From Myxococcota bacterium (GTDB taxonomy: Bacteria; Myxococcota_A; UBA796; CAJQPC01), in assembly GCA_036012755.1 (NCBI GenBank), contig DASCPX010000211.1, positions 1-64,000 on the forward strand: 64,000 bases of DNA, written 5' to 3'. The translations under genes were made by a program, and so were the position numbers. Each line of letters opens with the position of its first letter. Position 1 is the stretch's first letter. Under the pieces are notes generated by a model. The model had not been told where the DNA came from. It was given only the letters and a program-made list of their open reading frames with translations, and searched no databases. Positions 28,764 through 38,575 of the stretch are shown here, in pieces.

Positions 28764-28791
28764 GGCAAGACTGCCGTTCTACGGATGAGGA

Positions 28792-29517
28792 GTGACGAAC
28801 CGTAGCTGGGTCCTGGTGCTGTTTGCCCCCTTGCTCCTCGCCAGCAAGTGCATCCGACGAGACGAAGAGGTGGTCGTCGACTTGGACGTCCACATCGAGG
28901 ACGTCGAGCAGCCGCTGCAGGTCGTGTCGATCGATCCCGCCTGGGGCAACGAGGGCGAGGTGATGAGCGCGACCCTGTACGGAGCCGGATTCCAACAGGG
29001 GGCGCGCGTCCGATTCGGCGAGGACATCGAGGCGGCGCGTGTTCGCTTCGAGGGTGACGTTCGGCTCACCTTGACCGTGCCTCCGCTGGACTCGGGACGC
29101 TGGGACGTGTGGGTGCTGAACCCGGACGGAGAGGCGAGTGTCCTACGCAATGGCCTCACGATCAGCGAGGCCACCGAACCCGTCGCCTGCGAGGCCGCGA
29201 CACTGCCCTTCGACTTCGACAGCGCTCGCCTGATCCCCGTGACCAATGACAGGCTCCAGGAGCTGGCGCCCTGCCTCTCCAAGGTGCCCGGGTCGATCCG
29301 CCTGGAAGGCCACTGCGACGAGCGGGGCACCACCGAGTACAACCTCGCGCTGGGTGAGCGCCGCGCCAACACCGTGCAGCGCACTCTCGTGGGCCTCGGC
29401 ATCTCACCCGACCGGATCAGTGTCGTCTCCTACGGCGAGGAACGCCCGGTCGCCTTCGGCCATGACGAGGCGTCCTGGGCCGCCAACCGTCGCGTCGAGC
29501 TCCGGGTGATCCGATGA
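28792..29517 (+). CDS. pal: Pal-like OmpA-family lipoprotein with N-terminal IPT/TIG-like domain
   Basis: FDFDS, LEGHCDERGTTEYNLALGERRA, VSYGEERP, ANRRVE; adjacent to cpoB. Confidence 0.85.
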   Translation: MTNRSWVLVLFAPLLLASKCIRRDEEVVVDLDVHIEDVEQPLQVVSIDPAWGNEGEVMSATLYGAGFQQGARVRFGEDIEAARVRFEGDVRLTLTVPPLDSGRWDVWVLNPDGEASVLRNGLTISEATEPVACEAATLPFDFDSARLIPVTNDRLQELAPCLSKVPGSIRLEGHCDERGTTEYNLALGERRANTVQRTLVGLGISPDRISVVSYGEERPVAFGHDEASWAANRRVELRVIR

Positions 29518-30350
29518 TGCTGCTGTTGTTGTCCGCCTGCGTCCTGGATCGGACGGGTCAGTCCGCCACCGCCGCCTACGAGCGCGAGCTCGCCCTGGCG
29601 AGCGCTCGCGCCGACACGCTGGAGTCGTCCACCTCAGAGGTCGAGCGTCGGGTCGGCCAGCTCGAGGAGGTCATGCGCTACAAGGGCCAGCAGGAAGCGG
29701 TGCGCTTGGAGAACCTCGAGCAGGTCACCGACGAGGTCCGCCGCATCCGCGGAAAGATCGAGACCCTCGAATACGACGCAGGGGTGACGGCACAGGAGCG
29801 GGCGGTGCTCGACGACGACGTCGCCTTCCGCCTCGAGTACCTCGAGCTCCGGGTCGCTTCACTGGAGAAGCAGCTCGGACTGGAGCCGCCGCCGCCGCCT
29901 ATCGACGGAGCCGCCACCGATCTCCGCGATGACGGCGAGGTCGTCCTCGTCGACAGCGAGGACCCGGTCGAGGTCGAGTTCCCCGCGGGCGCCGAGGAGC
30001 TGCTCGCAGAGGCCGAGGCCCACCTCGTGGGGGGACGCCCCAAGATCGCGCGGGTGATGATCGAGAAGTTCCTTCGCGACTACCCCGAGCACGAAAAGGC
30101 CACCGAAGCGCGGTACCGCTATGCCGAGACCCACTTCAACGAAGAGGACTACCCCAGGGCAATCCTGCTCTTCGAGGAGGTGGTCACGAGCGATCCAAAG
30201 TCCCCCTGGGCCCCCTGGGCGATGGTCAGACAGGGCGAGTGTTTCCAGCGAATGGGCCAGGACGCCGAGGCCACGCTGTTCTGGCAGGACGTGATCGCGC
30301 GCTACCCCAAGACCCAGGCAGCCAAGGACGCCAAGGAGTTGCTCAAGTAG
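29514..30350 (+). CDS. cpoB: CpoB/YbgF-like coiled-coil plus TPR protein
   Basis: Coiled coil then TPRs (FLRDYP, ARYRYAE, VIARYPKTQAA); ATGA-coupled to pal. Confidence 0.8.
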   Translation: MMLLLLSACVLDRTGQSATAAYERELALASARADTLESSTSEVERRVGQLEEVMRYKGQQEAVRLENLEQVTDEVRRIRGKIETLEYDAGVTAQERAVLDDDVAFRLEYLELRVASLEKQLGLEPPPPPIDGAATDLRDDGEVVLVDSEDPVEVEFPAGAEELLAEAEAHLVGGRPKIARVMIEKFLRDYPEHEKATEARYRYAETHFNEEDYPRAILLFEEVVTSDPKSPWAPWAMVRQGECFQRMGQDAEATLFWQDVIARYPKTQAAKDAKELLK

Positions 30351-30408
30351 ACCGTTGCGGTTTGCGCCCTGCGGATTAGGTAGACCACACATCGCAACGG
30401 AACTTCCG

Positions 30409-30438
30409 GAGCGGCCTTCCAGCCGGCTCTTTTTTTTT
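30409..30438 (+). terminator. rimP leader hairpin plus U-tract (terminator/attenuator)
   Basis: GAGCGGC-cttcca-GCCgGCTC followed by T9, just before the rimP start. Confidence 0.7.
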
Positions 30439-30445
30439 GGCCCGC

Positions 30446-30952
30446 ATGTCCGAGCTGACCCACTACCAAGGCGAGATCTTCGAGCTCCTCCAGCCGACGA
30501 TCGCGCGGACCGGCTTCGAGCTGGTCGCCGTGGAGATGACCTCTGTGGGGGGCCGTCGCACGCTGCGGGTGAGCGTCGACAAGTCGGTCGGCATGACCGG
30601 CAACGCGCTGGCTTCCCTGTCTCGCCAGCTCTCCCCGTTGCTGGACGCAGAAGACGTCATCTCGGGCGGCTACGACCTGGAAGTCTCGAGCCCCGGCATC
30701 GAGCGTCCCGTCCAGAGGCGCGACGACTTCGCCCGCTTCGCCGGCTACAGCATCAAGATCACCCTGGACGCCGGGCAGGGACGCCGTCGCTTCAAGGGTG
30801 TGTTGAGAGGAATCGAAGAGGACCTCGTCGCTGTCGACGTCGACGGCGTCGTCCACGAGCTGTCCTTCGAACGCATCGAGCGCGCCAACCTGGTGTTGGA
30901 CCTCGACGAATACCAACGACTCGGGGAGGCCCTTCCTCCCCGGGTGGACTGA
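30446..30952 (+). CDS. rimP: Ribosome maturation factor RimP
   Basis: GFELVAVE, LSPLLDAED, YDLEVSSPGIERP, IERANL. Confidence 0.96.
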   Translation: MSELTHYQGEIFELLQPTIARTGFELVAVEMTSVGGRRTLRVSVDKSVGMTGNALASLSRQLSPLLDAEDVISGGYDLEVSSPGIERPVQRRDDFARFAGYSIKITLDAGQGRRRFKGVLRGIEEDLVAVDVDGVVHELSFERIERANLVLDLDEYQRLGEALPPRVD

Positions 30953-30967
30953 TCCTGGAGGTGCCGG

Positions 30968-32278
30968 GTGCAAAGTGAACTCGCTCGTCTGATCGACATC
31001 GTTCATCGTGAGAAGAACATCCCGCGGGACTCTGTCATCGAGGTCGTCGAGGCCGCGATGGAGGCTGCCGCGCGGAAGATGTACGGAAACGAACGCGACA
31101 TCGAGGCGCAGTACAACGAGGAGCTCGGCGAGGTCCAGCTCTTCGAGTTCCGCGAGGTCGTCTCCGACATCGAGAACGAGGATCTCCACATCACGCACGA
31201 CGAGGCTCTGGATCTCGATCCCGAGTGCGAGGTCGGTGACAGCCTGGGCCTGATCATCGACATCACCGAGCTCGGACGCATCGCTGCCCAGACGGCGAAG
31301 CAGGTGATCATCCAGAAGGTCCGTGACGCAGAGCGCGAGATGACCTTCAACGAGTTCCGCGACCGCAAGGGCGCGCTCATCACCGGCATCGTCCGGCGCT
31401 TCGAGAAGGGCAACATCATCGTCGACCTCGGTCGCGCCGAAGCCATCCTCCCGCGCCGGGAGCAGGTCCTCACCGAGACCTACCGGCAGGGTGACCGGAT
31501 CCAGGCCTACGTGCTCGACATCGCGCGAGCCTCCCGCAGCTCCCAGGTCGTGCTCTCCCGTACCCATCCGGGCCTGCTGATGAAGCTCTTCGAGCTCGAG
31601 GTCCCGGAGATCTACGAGGGCATCGTGCGGATCGAGGCCTGCGCTCGCGAACCGGGGCACCGCGCCAAGATCGCGGTCTCCTCCGTCGACCCGCAGGTCG
31701 ACCCGGTCGGCGCCTGCGTCGGACTGAAGGGATCTCGCGTCCAGGCTGTCGTGCAGGAGCTGCGCGGCGAAGCCATCGACATCATCCCCTACCACCCGGA
31801 TCCGGCTCGCTTCATCGTCCACGCCATCGCCCCGGCGCAGGTGACGCGGGTCTACATCGACGAGCACACCCACTGCATGGAGCTCATCGTCCCGGACGAC
31901 CAGCTCAGCAAGGCCATCGGCCGCAAGGGCCAGAACGTGCGCCTCGCGGCGCAGCTCACCGGCTGGCGGATCGACATCTACAGCGAGACCCGCCACTCGG
32001 AGCTCAACGAGCAGGCCTACAGCGAGCTGTCCCGCATCGCCGACACCGACGACGAGAACGTCGAGCTCCTGATCCGGCACGGCTTCCGCAGCGCGAAGGA
32101 GCTCTCTGACGCAGAGTCGTACGAGGTCGCCAGCATCCTGGATGTCGATGAGGCACAGGCCAACGCGCTGATCGAGGCCGCCGATGGAATCCTGGAGCAG
32201 CTCATCCTCGAGGAGGCCGAGCGCCAGCGCCAGGCCGAGGAGATGGTGGAAGAGCTCCCGCCCGAGGCTGACGACTAG
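30968..32278 (+). CDS. nusA: Transcription factor NusA
   Basis: [46 protein letters not shown]. Confidence 0.98.
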   Translation: MQSELARLIDIVHREKNIPRDSVIEVVEAAMEAAARKMYGNERDIEAQYNEELGEVQLFEFREVVSDIENEDLHITHDEALDLDPECEVGDSLGLIIDITELGRIAAQTAKQVIIQKVRDAEREMTFNEFRDRKGALITGIVRRFEKGNIIVDLGRAEAILPRREQVLTETYRQGDRIQAYVLDIARASRSSQVVLSRTHPGLLMKLFELEVPEIYEGIVRIEACAREPGHRAKIAVSSVDPQVDPVGACVGLKGSRVQAVVQELRGEAIDIIPYHPDPARFIVHAIAPAQVTRVYIDEHTHCMELIVPDDQLSKAIGRKGQNVRLAAQLTGWRIDIYSETRHSELNEQAYSELSRIADTDDENVELLIRHGFRSAKELSDAESYEVASILDVDEAQANALIEAADGILEQLILEEAERQRQAEEMVEELPPEADD

Positions 32279-32478
32279 TGCCCGTCGGCAGAAGTCGCGT
32301 CGCGCCTTCCGCCGGCGCCTTCGGCGCGCGCCGCTGCGCGTCGCCGGGCTCCAGTTCCCTTCCAGGGGGCCCCCGCCCCCCGACGCCTGCGGCGTCTCCC
32401 CCGGCGGCCCGCTCCGCGTGCCGTCCTCCCCTCCGTCACCGCCCCGACTCCGTCGGGAGACGCGCCGGAGGGGACTAG
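32275..32478. mobile_element. 204-bp CTAG-bounded structured repeat, copy 1 (MITE/REP-like)
   Basis: CTAG at both ends; colinear homology with 39848-40051; multiple internal hairpins; no transposase. Confidence 0.8.
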
Positions 32479-33045
32479 TTGGCCCAGCCGGAGCGGATGT
32501 GCATCGTCACTCGAGAGCGGCGCTCCCAGGCCGATCTCGTCCGCCTCGTCCTGGACCCCGAGGGGGTCCTGCGGGTGGACTACCGCGCTCGTCTCGGCGG
32601 GCGCGGGGCCTGGGTTCTCCCGCAGCGCGGCTTGATCGAGAAGATCGAGACCAGGCCGGGGCTGCTGCACCGCTCACTACGAGCGCAAGACGTCGACGCG
32701 CGCGGGCTGCTGGAGAGGGTCCGCGCGGCGAACAGCCTGGCGGTGCGGGACGCCTTGTCGCTCTGCGCGCGCGCCGGAGCGCTCGCTGGTGGAAAGGACG
32801 GGGTGCGAGCCGTGATCGGCTCGGGGGGCGGGCTCGCGGTCGTCCTCGCTAGCGATTCCTCGCCGAGGCTCGCAGAGGACCTTCGACGCCGCGCGACCGG
32901 GCTGCTCGTCATCGAGGTCCCCCTTGACCGTGAAGCGCTCGGTGCACAGGTGGGCAAGGGCCCGCGAGCAGCGCTCGCGGTGCGACGGAGCAAGCCCGGC
33001 AGGAGCCTCGCCCGCGAGTTGCATCGCATGGCGGCGCTGAGTTAG
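32479..33045 (+). CDS. YlxR (DUF448) fused to an L7Ae-like domain
   Basis: PERMCIVTRE, LVRLVL, GGRGAWV, then LSLCARAGALAGG..LASDSS..DREALGAQVGK; between nusA and infB. Confidence 0.85.
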   Translation: MAQPERMCIVTRERRSQADLVRLVLDPEGVLRVDYRARLGGRGAWVLPQRGLIEKIETRPGLLHRSLRAQDVDARGLLERVRAANSLAVRDALSLCARAGALAGGKDGVRAVIGSGGGLAVVLASDSSPRLAEDLRRRATGLLVIEVPLDREALGAQVGKGPRAALAVRRSKPGRSLARELHRMAALS

Positions 33046-33152
33046 GGGACCGGCTCCTGGGCGCATTCGTGGTCTCGGTCCACGCACTGCGCGACGCTGG
33101 TCCCTCCGGCAACGACTTCAGGACCGCCTCGGCGGTTTGTGAAAGGGAATCC

Positions 33153-35816
33153 ATGGCCAAGAACGACGACCTTCTCGACCGAATGCAGAAGACGCGCGTA
33201 GTCACGCGTCGTCGCCAGGAAGAGACTGTGCCCGAGGCCGGAAAGACCTCGCCCACGGAGACCCGGAGCGGCTCCGGGCGGAAGACGGTCATCCGTCGCC
33301 GTCGCAAGCCGGCCCAGGCCGCAACGCCGACGACCGGCCGCCCCGCGCTCTGCCGTGCCAAGAGCGAGCCGGAGCCGGTCCCGACCCCGAAGCTCGAACG
33401 CCTGGGCGCCGAAGAGTCCGCACCCGTCGAGGCCACCGCCGAGGCAGAGCCCGTCGTCGAGGCCGCCCCGGCTTCCGAGGCGTCCGACGTGACTCCGGAT
33501 CCCAGCCCCGTCGCTGAGCCGGCACCAGAGGCCGCTCCGGACGTCCCGCCCGCCGTAGGGGCTGCGCCAGAGGCAGAGTCGGCGCCAGAGGCAGAGCCCG
33601 TCGCCGAGCCGGTGCATGAGTCCGTCGAGCCCGCCGGCCAGCCTCCGGCCGAACCGGCGCCCGAACCGATGGCCGCGGCTCCCCAGAAGGAGGAGCCGCC
33701 CCAGACCGGCCGCCCCCGTCTGCCCGGTCTCGGCTCGGCGGTGGTCCGTCCGCCTCCCGGCTACGACCCCACGAATCCCGAGGCCTTCCGCGCGAAGGCG
33801 CGCGCCGACGCCCTTCGCAGCGCTGCGACCGTCGGTGGTGCCGGGACCCGAAACGAACCCGGCAACCGCTGGGGTGCCGATCGCCGGCCCGGGGGAGCGC
33901 CGGGCCCTCAGCAGAAGGACACGCGCGGCCGCCCCACCCCCAGCCGTGGTCGTCGCGGGCGTCGGGTCGAGCGCCGCATGGAGAACGTCCCGACGCGGAA
34001 CCTCCGCGGGAAGCGCAAGAAGAAGGGCATCCCCAAGCTGCCCTCGCCCAAGCCGAGCGCGCAGAAGCGGAAGGTCATGGTCGACGGGACCATCTCCGTG
34101 AAGCAGCTGGCGATGGAGATGGGCGTCAAGGGTGGCGACATCATCAAGTTCCTGATGGGCATGGACTACATGGTCACCATCAACGAGCAGCTCGACTTCG
34201 ACTCCGCGACCCTGGTGGCCAACGAGTTCGAGTACGAGACGGTGAACGTCGGGTTCCAGGAGGAGGAGCACCTCATCCAGGTCGAAACCGAGGCCGCTGA
34301 CGAGAACGCCGTCGACCGGCCGCCGGTCATCACGATCATGGGGCACGTCGATCACGGCAAGACCACGCTCTTGGACTGCATTCGCAAGGCCAAGGTCGCC
34401 GAGGGCGAGGCCGGCGGCATCACCCAGCACATCGGCGCCTACCAGGTGAAGCAGAAGGGCGCGCTGTTGACCTTCATCGACACTCCAGGTCACGAGGCCT
34501 TCACGGAGATGCGCGCCCGCGGCGCCCAGGCGACGGACATAGTCATCCTCGTGGTCGCCGCCGACGACGGCGTGATGCCGCAGACGGTCGAGTCGATCAA
34601 CCACGCAAAGGCCTCTGGCGTGCCCATCATCGTGGCCGTCAACAAGTGCGACAAGCCGGGCGTGAATCCCCAGAAGATCCGCCAGGAGCTGATGCAGTAC
34701 GAGCTCGTCGCGGAGGAGTTCGGTGGCGAGACCATCATGACCGACGTCTCGGCGCTCAAGGGCACGGGCATCGACGGTCTGCTGGACTCGCTGCTGCTCG
34801 TCGCCGAGCTGCAGGAGCTCAAGGCCAACCCCGACCGCCACGCTGAGGGTGTCGTCCTCGAAGCCCGCGTCGAGCAGGGCCGCGGTGCCGTCGCGACCAT
34901 CCTCGTCCAGAGCGGCACGCTGAGGCCCAAGGACCCCCTCGTGCTCGGCACCGAGTACGGCAAGGTCCGCGCGATGACGGACCACAAGGGCAAGAAGCTC
35001 AAGAACGCGGGTCCCTCCACCCCGGTCGAGATCATTGGCCTCGACGGTGTCCCCCAGGCCGGCGACATCTTCACCGTCGTCGCCTCGGACAAGGACGCCA
35101 GGCGGCTCGCCGAGCACCGCGCCGACGCCGAGCGCGCGGCGTCGATGTCGAAGAGCAACAAGCTGACGCTCGCCGAGCTCCTCGCCCGCCAGAGTGCAGG
35201 CGAGATGAAGAAGCTCTCCCTGATCCTGCGCGGAGACGTCCAGGGCTCGGTCGAGGCCATCAAGGCGGCCATCACGGACATCGAGGTGGAGGGTGCCCGG
35301 ATCAACGTCCTCCACGCGGCGGTCGGCAAGGTCAGCGAGTCCGACATCACGCTGGCGGCCACCTACGGCGGCATTGTCGTGGGCTTCAACGCCCGCCCGG
35401 ACGCCAAGGCGCGTCGAGCGGCGGAAGACAAGGGCGTCGAGGTTCGCCACTACAAGGTCATCTACCAGCTCCTCGAGGATCTCGAGAACGCCATGAAGGG
35501 CCTGCTCGAGCCGGTCTACGAGGAGAAGATCCACGGCCACGCAGAGGTTCGGAAGACCTTCGTCATCCCCAAGGTCGGCACGATCTGCGGTTCCTTCGTG
35601 AGCGACGGGACCATCGCTCGCGGCCACAACGTGCGCCTGTTGCGCGACGGACTCGTCGTCTACGACGGCAAGATCAAGTCGCTCAAGCGCTTCAAGGACG
35701 ACGCGAAGGAGGTCCAGTCCGGCTACGAGTGTGGTGTCGGACTCGAGAACTTCAACGACGTCAAGGTCGGCGACGAGTACGAGACCTACACGGTCGTCGA
35801 GGTCGCCAGGTCCTAG
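33153..35816 (+). CDS. infB: Translation initiation factor IF-2
   Basis: RPPVITIMGHVDHGKTTLLD, GGITQHIGAYQ, DTPGHEAF, NKCD, GDVQGSVEA; Pro/Ala/Glu-rich N-terminus. Confidence 0.98.
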   Translation: MAKNDDLLDRMQKTRVVTRRRQEETVPEAGKTSPTETRSGSGRKTVIRRRRKPAQAATPTTGRPALCRAKSEPEPVPTPKLERLGAEESAPVEATAEAEPVVEAAPASEASDVTPDPSPVAEPAPEAAPDVPPAVGAAPEAESAPEAEPVAEPVHESVEPAGQPPAEPAPEPMAAAPQKEEPPQTGRPRLPGLGSAVVRPPPGYDPTNPEAFRAKARADALRSAATVGGAGTRNEPGNRWGADRRPGGAPGPQQKDTRGRPTPSRGRRGRRVERRMENVPTRNLRGKRKKKGIPKLPSPKPSAQKRKVMVDGTISVKQLAMEMGVKGGDIIKFLMGMDYMVTINEQLDFDSATLVANEFEYETVNVGFQEEEHLIQVETEAADENAVDRPPVITIMGHVDHGKTTLLDCIRKAKVAEGEAGGITQHIGAYQVKQKGALLTFIDTPGHEAFTEMRARGAQATDIVILVVAADDGVMPQTVESINHAKASGVPIIVAVNKCDKPGVNPQKIRQELMQYELVAEEFGGETIMTDVSALKGTGIDGLLDSLLLVAELQELKANPDRHAEGVVLEARVEQGRGAVATILVQSGTLRPKDPLVLGTEYGKVRAMTDHKGKKLKNAGPSTPVEIIGLDGVPQAGDIFTVVASDKDARRLAEHRADAERAASMSKSNKLTLAELLARQSAGEMKKLSLILRGDVQGSVEAIKAAITDIEVEGARINVLHAAVGKVSESDITLAATYGGIVVGFNARPDAKARRAAEDKGVEVRHYKVIYQLLEDLENAMKGLLEPVYEEKIHGHAEVRKTFVIPKVGTICGSFVSDGTIARGHNVRLLRDGLVVYDGKIKSLKRFKDDAKEVQSGYECGVGLENFNDVKVGDEYETYTVVEVARS

Positions 35817-35819
35817 CAG

Positions 35820-36137
35820 GTGCTGGTCGGGGCCCTCCGACTTGTGCTCGAGATCCCGGGTGCCTTCTCGTTGAAGGAGAAGCGCCGCGTTCGCGCCAAG
35901 GTGGTCGACCGTATCCGGTCCCGCTTCGGTGTCTCCGTCGCGGAGGTAGAGGACCTCGACGCCCACTCGCGCCTCGTGATCGGCGTGAGCGCGGTGGGGA
36001 ACGACCGTCGCGTGCTGGAGAGCCTGCTGTCGAAGGTCACCGACCACGTCGATTCGCTAGGTGTTGCCCGGATTATCGGCGAGGACTGGGAGATCTCGCC
36101 TTTTCCATCAAGTCCGGTGTTGACATGGCAAGACTAG
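35820..36137 (+). CDS. DUF503 (YlxP-like) protein
   Basis: SLKEKRRV..RFGVSVAEV; typical position after infB. Confidence 0.9.
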   Translation: MLVGALRLVLEIPGAFSLKEKRRVRAKVVDRIRSRFGVSVAEVEDLDAHSRLVIGVSAVGNDRRVLESLLSKVTDHVDSLGVARIIGEDWEISPFPSSPVLTWQD

Positions 36138-36165
36138 CGTCCACGCGCTTGCTATCATCTGCGCT

Positions 36166-36960
36166 ATGAGGGACCTCTCCCGGCTGCAGAGCGACAAGCA
36201 GTTCTGGATCACGCGAGCCCAGCTCGCGGCGCTGGGTGTCACGACCCTGGCGGTAGCGGCGCTGGCCTTCTTCGTCGGCGTGATGGTCGGTCAGGATGAC
36301 GGCCCGCTTCCCGAACGGTTGCAGGACGAGGCGGTCGTCACCGCGCAGCTCAAGGACGACGCGATCACGGAGCTCTTGGCTCGCGTCGAGACCGCCGCGG
36401 CGAGTCGGGTTCCGGAGGCTCGCGCCCGCACCCTCAGGCAGCTCAGCTACCCGGAGGAGCTGGTCGTCGAGGAGCCGGCTATCGAGCTGCCAGAGCCCGA
36501 GCTCGCGCCGGTGGACTCAGCGGCGCAGCAGGCAGAGCTCGACTCCCTCACGGAGGCCGAGGTCATCGAGATCGAGGCCATCGAAGAGCTCGAGCCAGAC
36601 CAGGACCCCGTCGCCGCGGTCCTGGAGCCGGCCCCAGCCGAGGTGGTCGTCATCGAGCCGGAGGTCGAGCGACAGCCCGTGGCTCCCGAACCAGAGGACC
36701 TCCCGCAAGAGGACCTCCCCACCAGCGGCTGGGCGGTCCAGGTCTACTCCTTCCCCTCGGCGGAGGAGGCCGAGGCGACGGTCGCCGATCTCGAGGCCAA
36801 GGGCTTCGATGCATACAGGGTCGTGGCGCTCGTCGGTGGGGACACCTGGCACCGCGTGCGGCTGGGGCCCTACGAGACTCAGCAGCTGGCGCGCAAGGCC
36901 CTGCCCCAGGTCTCCGCCGAGCTGGGTGTAGCCGATCCCCTGGTCACCCGGGCACCGTGA
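36166..36960 (+). CDS. SPOR-domain membrane protein (FtsN/DedD-like)
   Basis: N-terminal TM, acidic Pro-rich linker, WAVQVYSF...WHRVRLGPY. Confidence 0.88.
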   Translation: MRDLSRLQSDKQFWITRAQLAALGVTTLAVAALAFFVGVMVGQDDGPLPERLQDEAVVTAQLKDDAITELLARVETAAASRVPEARARTLRQLSYPEELVVEEPAIELPEPELAPVDSAAQQAELDSLTEAEVIEIEAIEELEPDQDPVAAVLEPAPAEVVVIEPEVERQPVAPEPEDLPQEDLPTSGWAVQVYSFPSAEEAEATVADLEAKGFDAYRVVALVGGDTWHRVRLGPYETQQLARKALPQVSAELGVADPLVTRAP

Positions 36961-36970
36961 GAGGACCGCG

Positions 36971-37327
36971 GTGAGGCGGGTCGACAAACCCTGGGGGCAC
37001 GAGGAGGTCTGGGCGGAGACCGACGACTACCTGGGCAAGCTCCTGCTCATCCGGGCTGGCCATCGGCTCTCGCTCCAGCACCATGTCTCGAAGGAGGAGA
37101 CGATTCGCGTCGCGAGCGGGACGATGACCCTGGAGCTGGAAGACGAGCGAGGCGTGCTGCGCAGCCACGAGCTCCACGCTGGTGACTCCGCCCACATCCG
37201 CCCTGGTCGGAGGCACCGCTTCGTCGCCCTGACCGATGTCGAGATCTACGAGGTGTCTACGGCATTCCCGGATGACGTCGTGCGCCACAGCGACGACTAC
37301 GGTAGAGAGGGGACCTCCGATCCCTGA
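36971..37327 (+). CDS. Cupin (mannose-6-phosphate isomerase-like)
   Basis: VDKPWGHE, LSLQHH..KEET, HRF, EVST, DDVVRHSDDYGR. Confidence 0.9.
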   Translation: MRRVDKPWGHEEVWAETDDYLGKLLLIRAGHRLSLQHHVSKEETIRVASGTMTLELEDERGVLRSHELHAGDSAHIRPGRRHRFVALTDVEIYEVSTAFPDDVVRHSDDYGREGTSDP

Positions 37328-37442
37328 AGCCCCCGCACCCTGCGAGCGCGCGCCCCTGGCGCCCTCGGGGGGCGGGATTGACTTGTGGGGTGGGATCGAC
37401 GATCCTCTCACTGATCTGCGCAAGCATCGCCGAGGTGTGTCC

Positions 37443-38510
37443 ATGCTGTCGTTGTTGTTCGTTGCTGCACTGAGCGGGCCGGCGGATGCCCAGGAAATCA
37501 TCGATTTCGGGACCGCGGGCACGGTCACCACATCCGACTCCGACCGCTACACCATCCAGCCAGGTGACACGCTGTGGGACATCTCCACGGCATTCATGGG
37601 TGACCCCTACTACTGGCCCCGCTTGTGGTCGTTCAACGACTACATCACCAACCCCCACTGGATCTACCCGGGTCAGGCCGTCGTCTTCAAGCCGGGAACC
37701 GTGCTCGACCCGCCCGAGATGGACCTCCCAGAGGTTCGTCAGGCCGGCTACACGCCTCCGGACACCGTCCTCATCGACTCGCAGCTGGAGTGTGGACCGG
37801 ACGTCCGGTACGACGAGAGCTACCCCAGCGCCCACTACCAGGTGCCCGCTTTCCTCGCCGATCCCGCGGACGTAGAGGTGTGGGGTTCAGTATACGCGGC
37901 CAAGTCCGGACACGTCTCGCTGGCCGAAGGCGAACTGATCTACCTCGACCTCGACGACACTGACGCGGTCGGCTGCGGTGACGTCGTCTCCATCATCCGC
38001 CAGGGTGAGAAGGTGAGGCACCCCGAGACGCGAAAGGTCAGCTACGGCAACCTGTTCCACGTCATTGCAGATGCACGCATCCTCCACATCGACGAGGACG
38101 ACCAGGTCACGGCCGTCGTCAGGCGCATGTACGGGCCCGTCAAGCGCGGTGACGTCGTGGGGCCGATCATCACCGTCGACGCCGAGCTGCCCAGCCAGCC
38201 GCCACGCGGTGACCTCGCCGGCGTGGTCATCGCGCGCTCGGGTCAGGCTCTCTACGACCTCGCCGGTCCCGGAGAGGTGGTGTTCATCGATCGCGGGCGC
38301 GCTGACGGTCTACGCGTCGGCAACAGCATGTACGTCATCCACCAGCGTGACCAGTCGGTCTCGCTCCTCGTGGACCAGGACAACATCCCCGAGCAGGTCG
38401 TGGCGCGCGTGATCGTCACCGGGGTCGAAGAGAACCACTCGACAGGCGTCATCATTCGCGCCGCGACCCACGTGTCGGTCGGGGATCGGGTCTCGCAGAC
38501 GGTGCAGTAG
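37443..38510 (+). CDS. tsaP: LysM protein, TsaP-like (type IV pilus secretin-associated)
   Basis: Signal peptide; YTIQPGDTLWDIS..DPYYWPRLW..NPHWIYPG; directly upstream of dprA. Confidence 0.75.
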   Translation: MLSLLFVAALSGPADAQEIIDFGTAGTVTTSDSDRYTIQPGDTLWDISTAFMGDPYYWPRLWSFNDYITNPHWIYPGQAVVFKPGTVLDPPEMDLPEVRQAGYTPPDTVLIDSQLECGPDVRYDESYPSAHYQVPAFLADPADVEVWGSVYAAKSGHVSLAEGELIYLDLDDTDAVGCGDVVSIIRQGEKVRHPETRKVSYGNLFHVIADARILHIDEDDQVTAVVRRMYGPVKRGDVVGPIITVDAELPSQPPRGDLAGVVIARSGQALYDLAGPGEVVFIDRGRADGLRVGNSMYVIHQRDQSVSLLVDQDNIPEQVVARVIVTGVEENHSTGVIIRAATHVSVGDRVSQTVQ

Positions 38511-38575
38511 CCGCGTCCATCGGATAGGCCCTCTGTGGGTCGGCCGCCACCTCCCGCATCGCCGGGAGACGGCTC

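Noticed and set aside
32278..32478. 66-aa ORF within repeat copy 1 (and 73-aa ORF in copy 2)
   Set aside because: Pro/Arg/Ala-rich translation of palindromic DNA; substitutions between copies follow stems rather than codon positions.
33042..36047. Long antisense ORFs (1001 aa here; also 7507-9042, 20169-21644, 23999-26434, 59312-61492)
   Set aside because: Shadow frames of well-supported genes on the other strand, expected from high-GC codon bias; no recognisable motifs.
37328..37380. GC-rich palindromic stretch as a third copy of the 204-bp element
   Set aside because: No CTAG ends and no alignable similarity; probably an ordinary hairpin.
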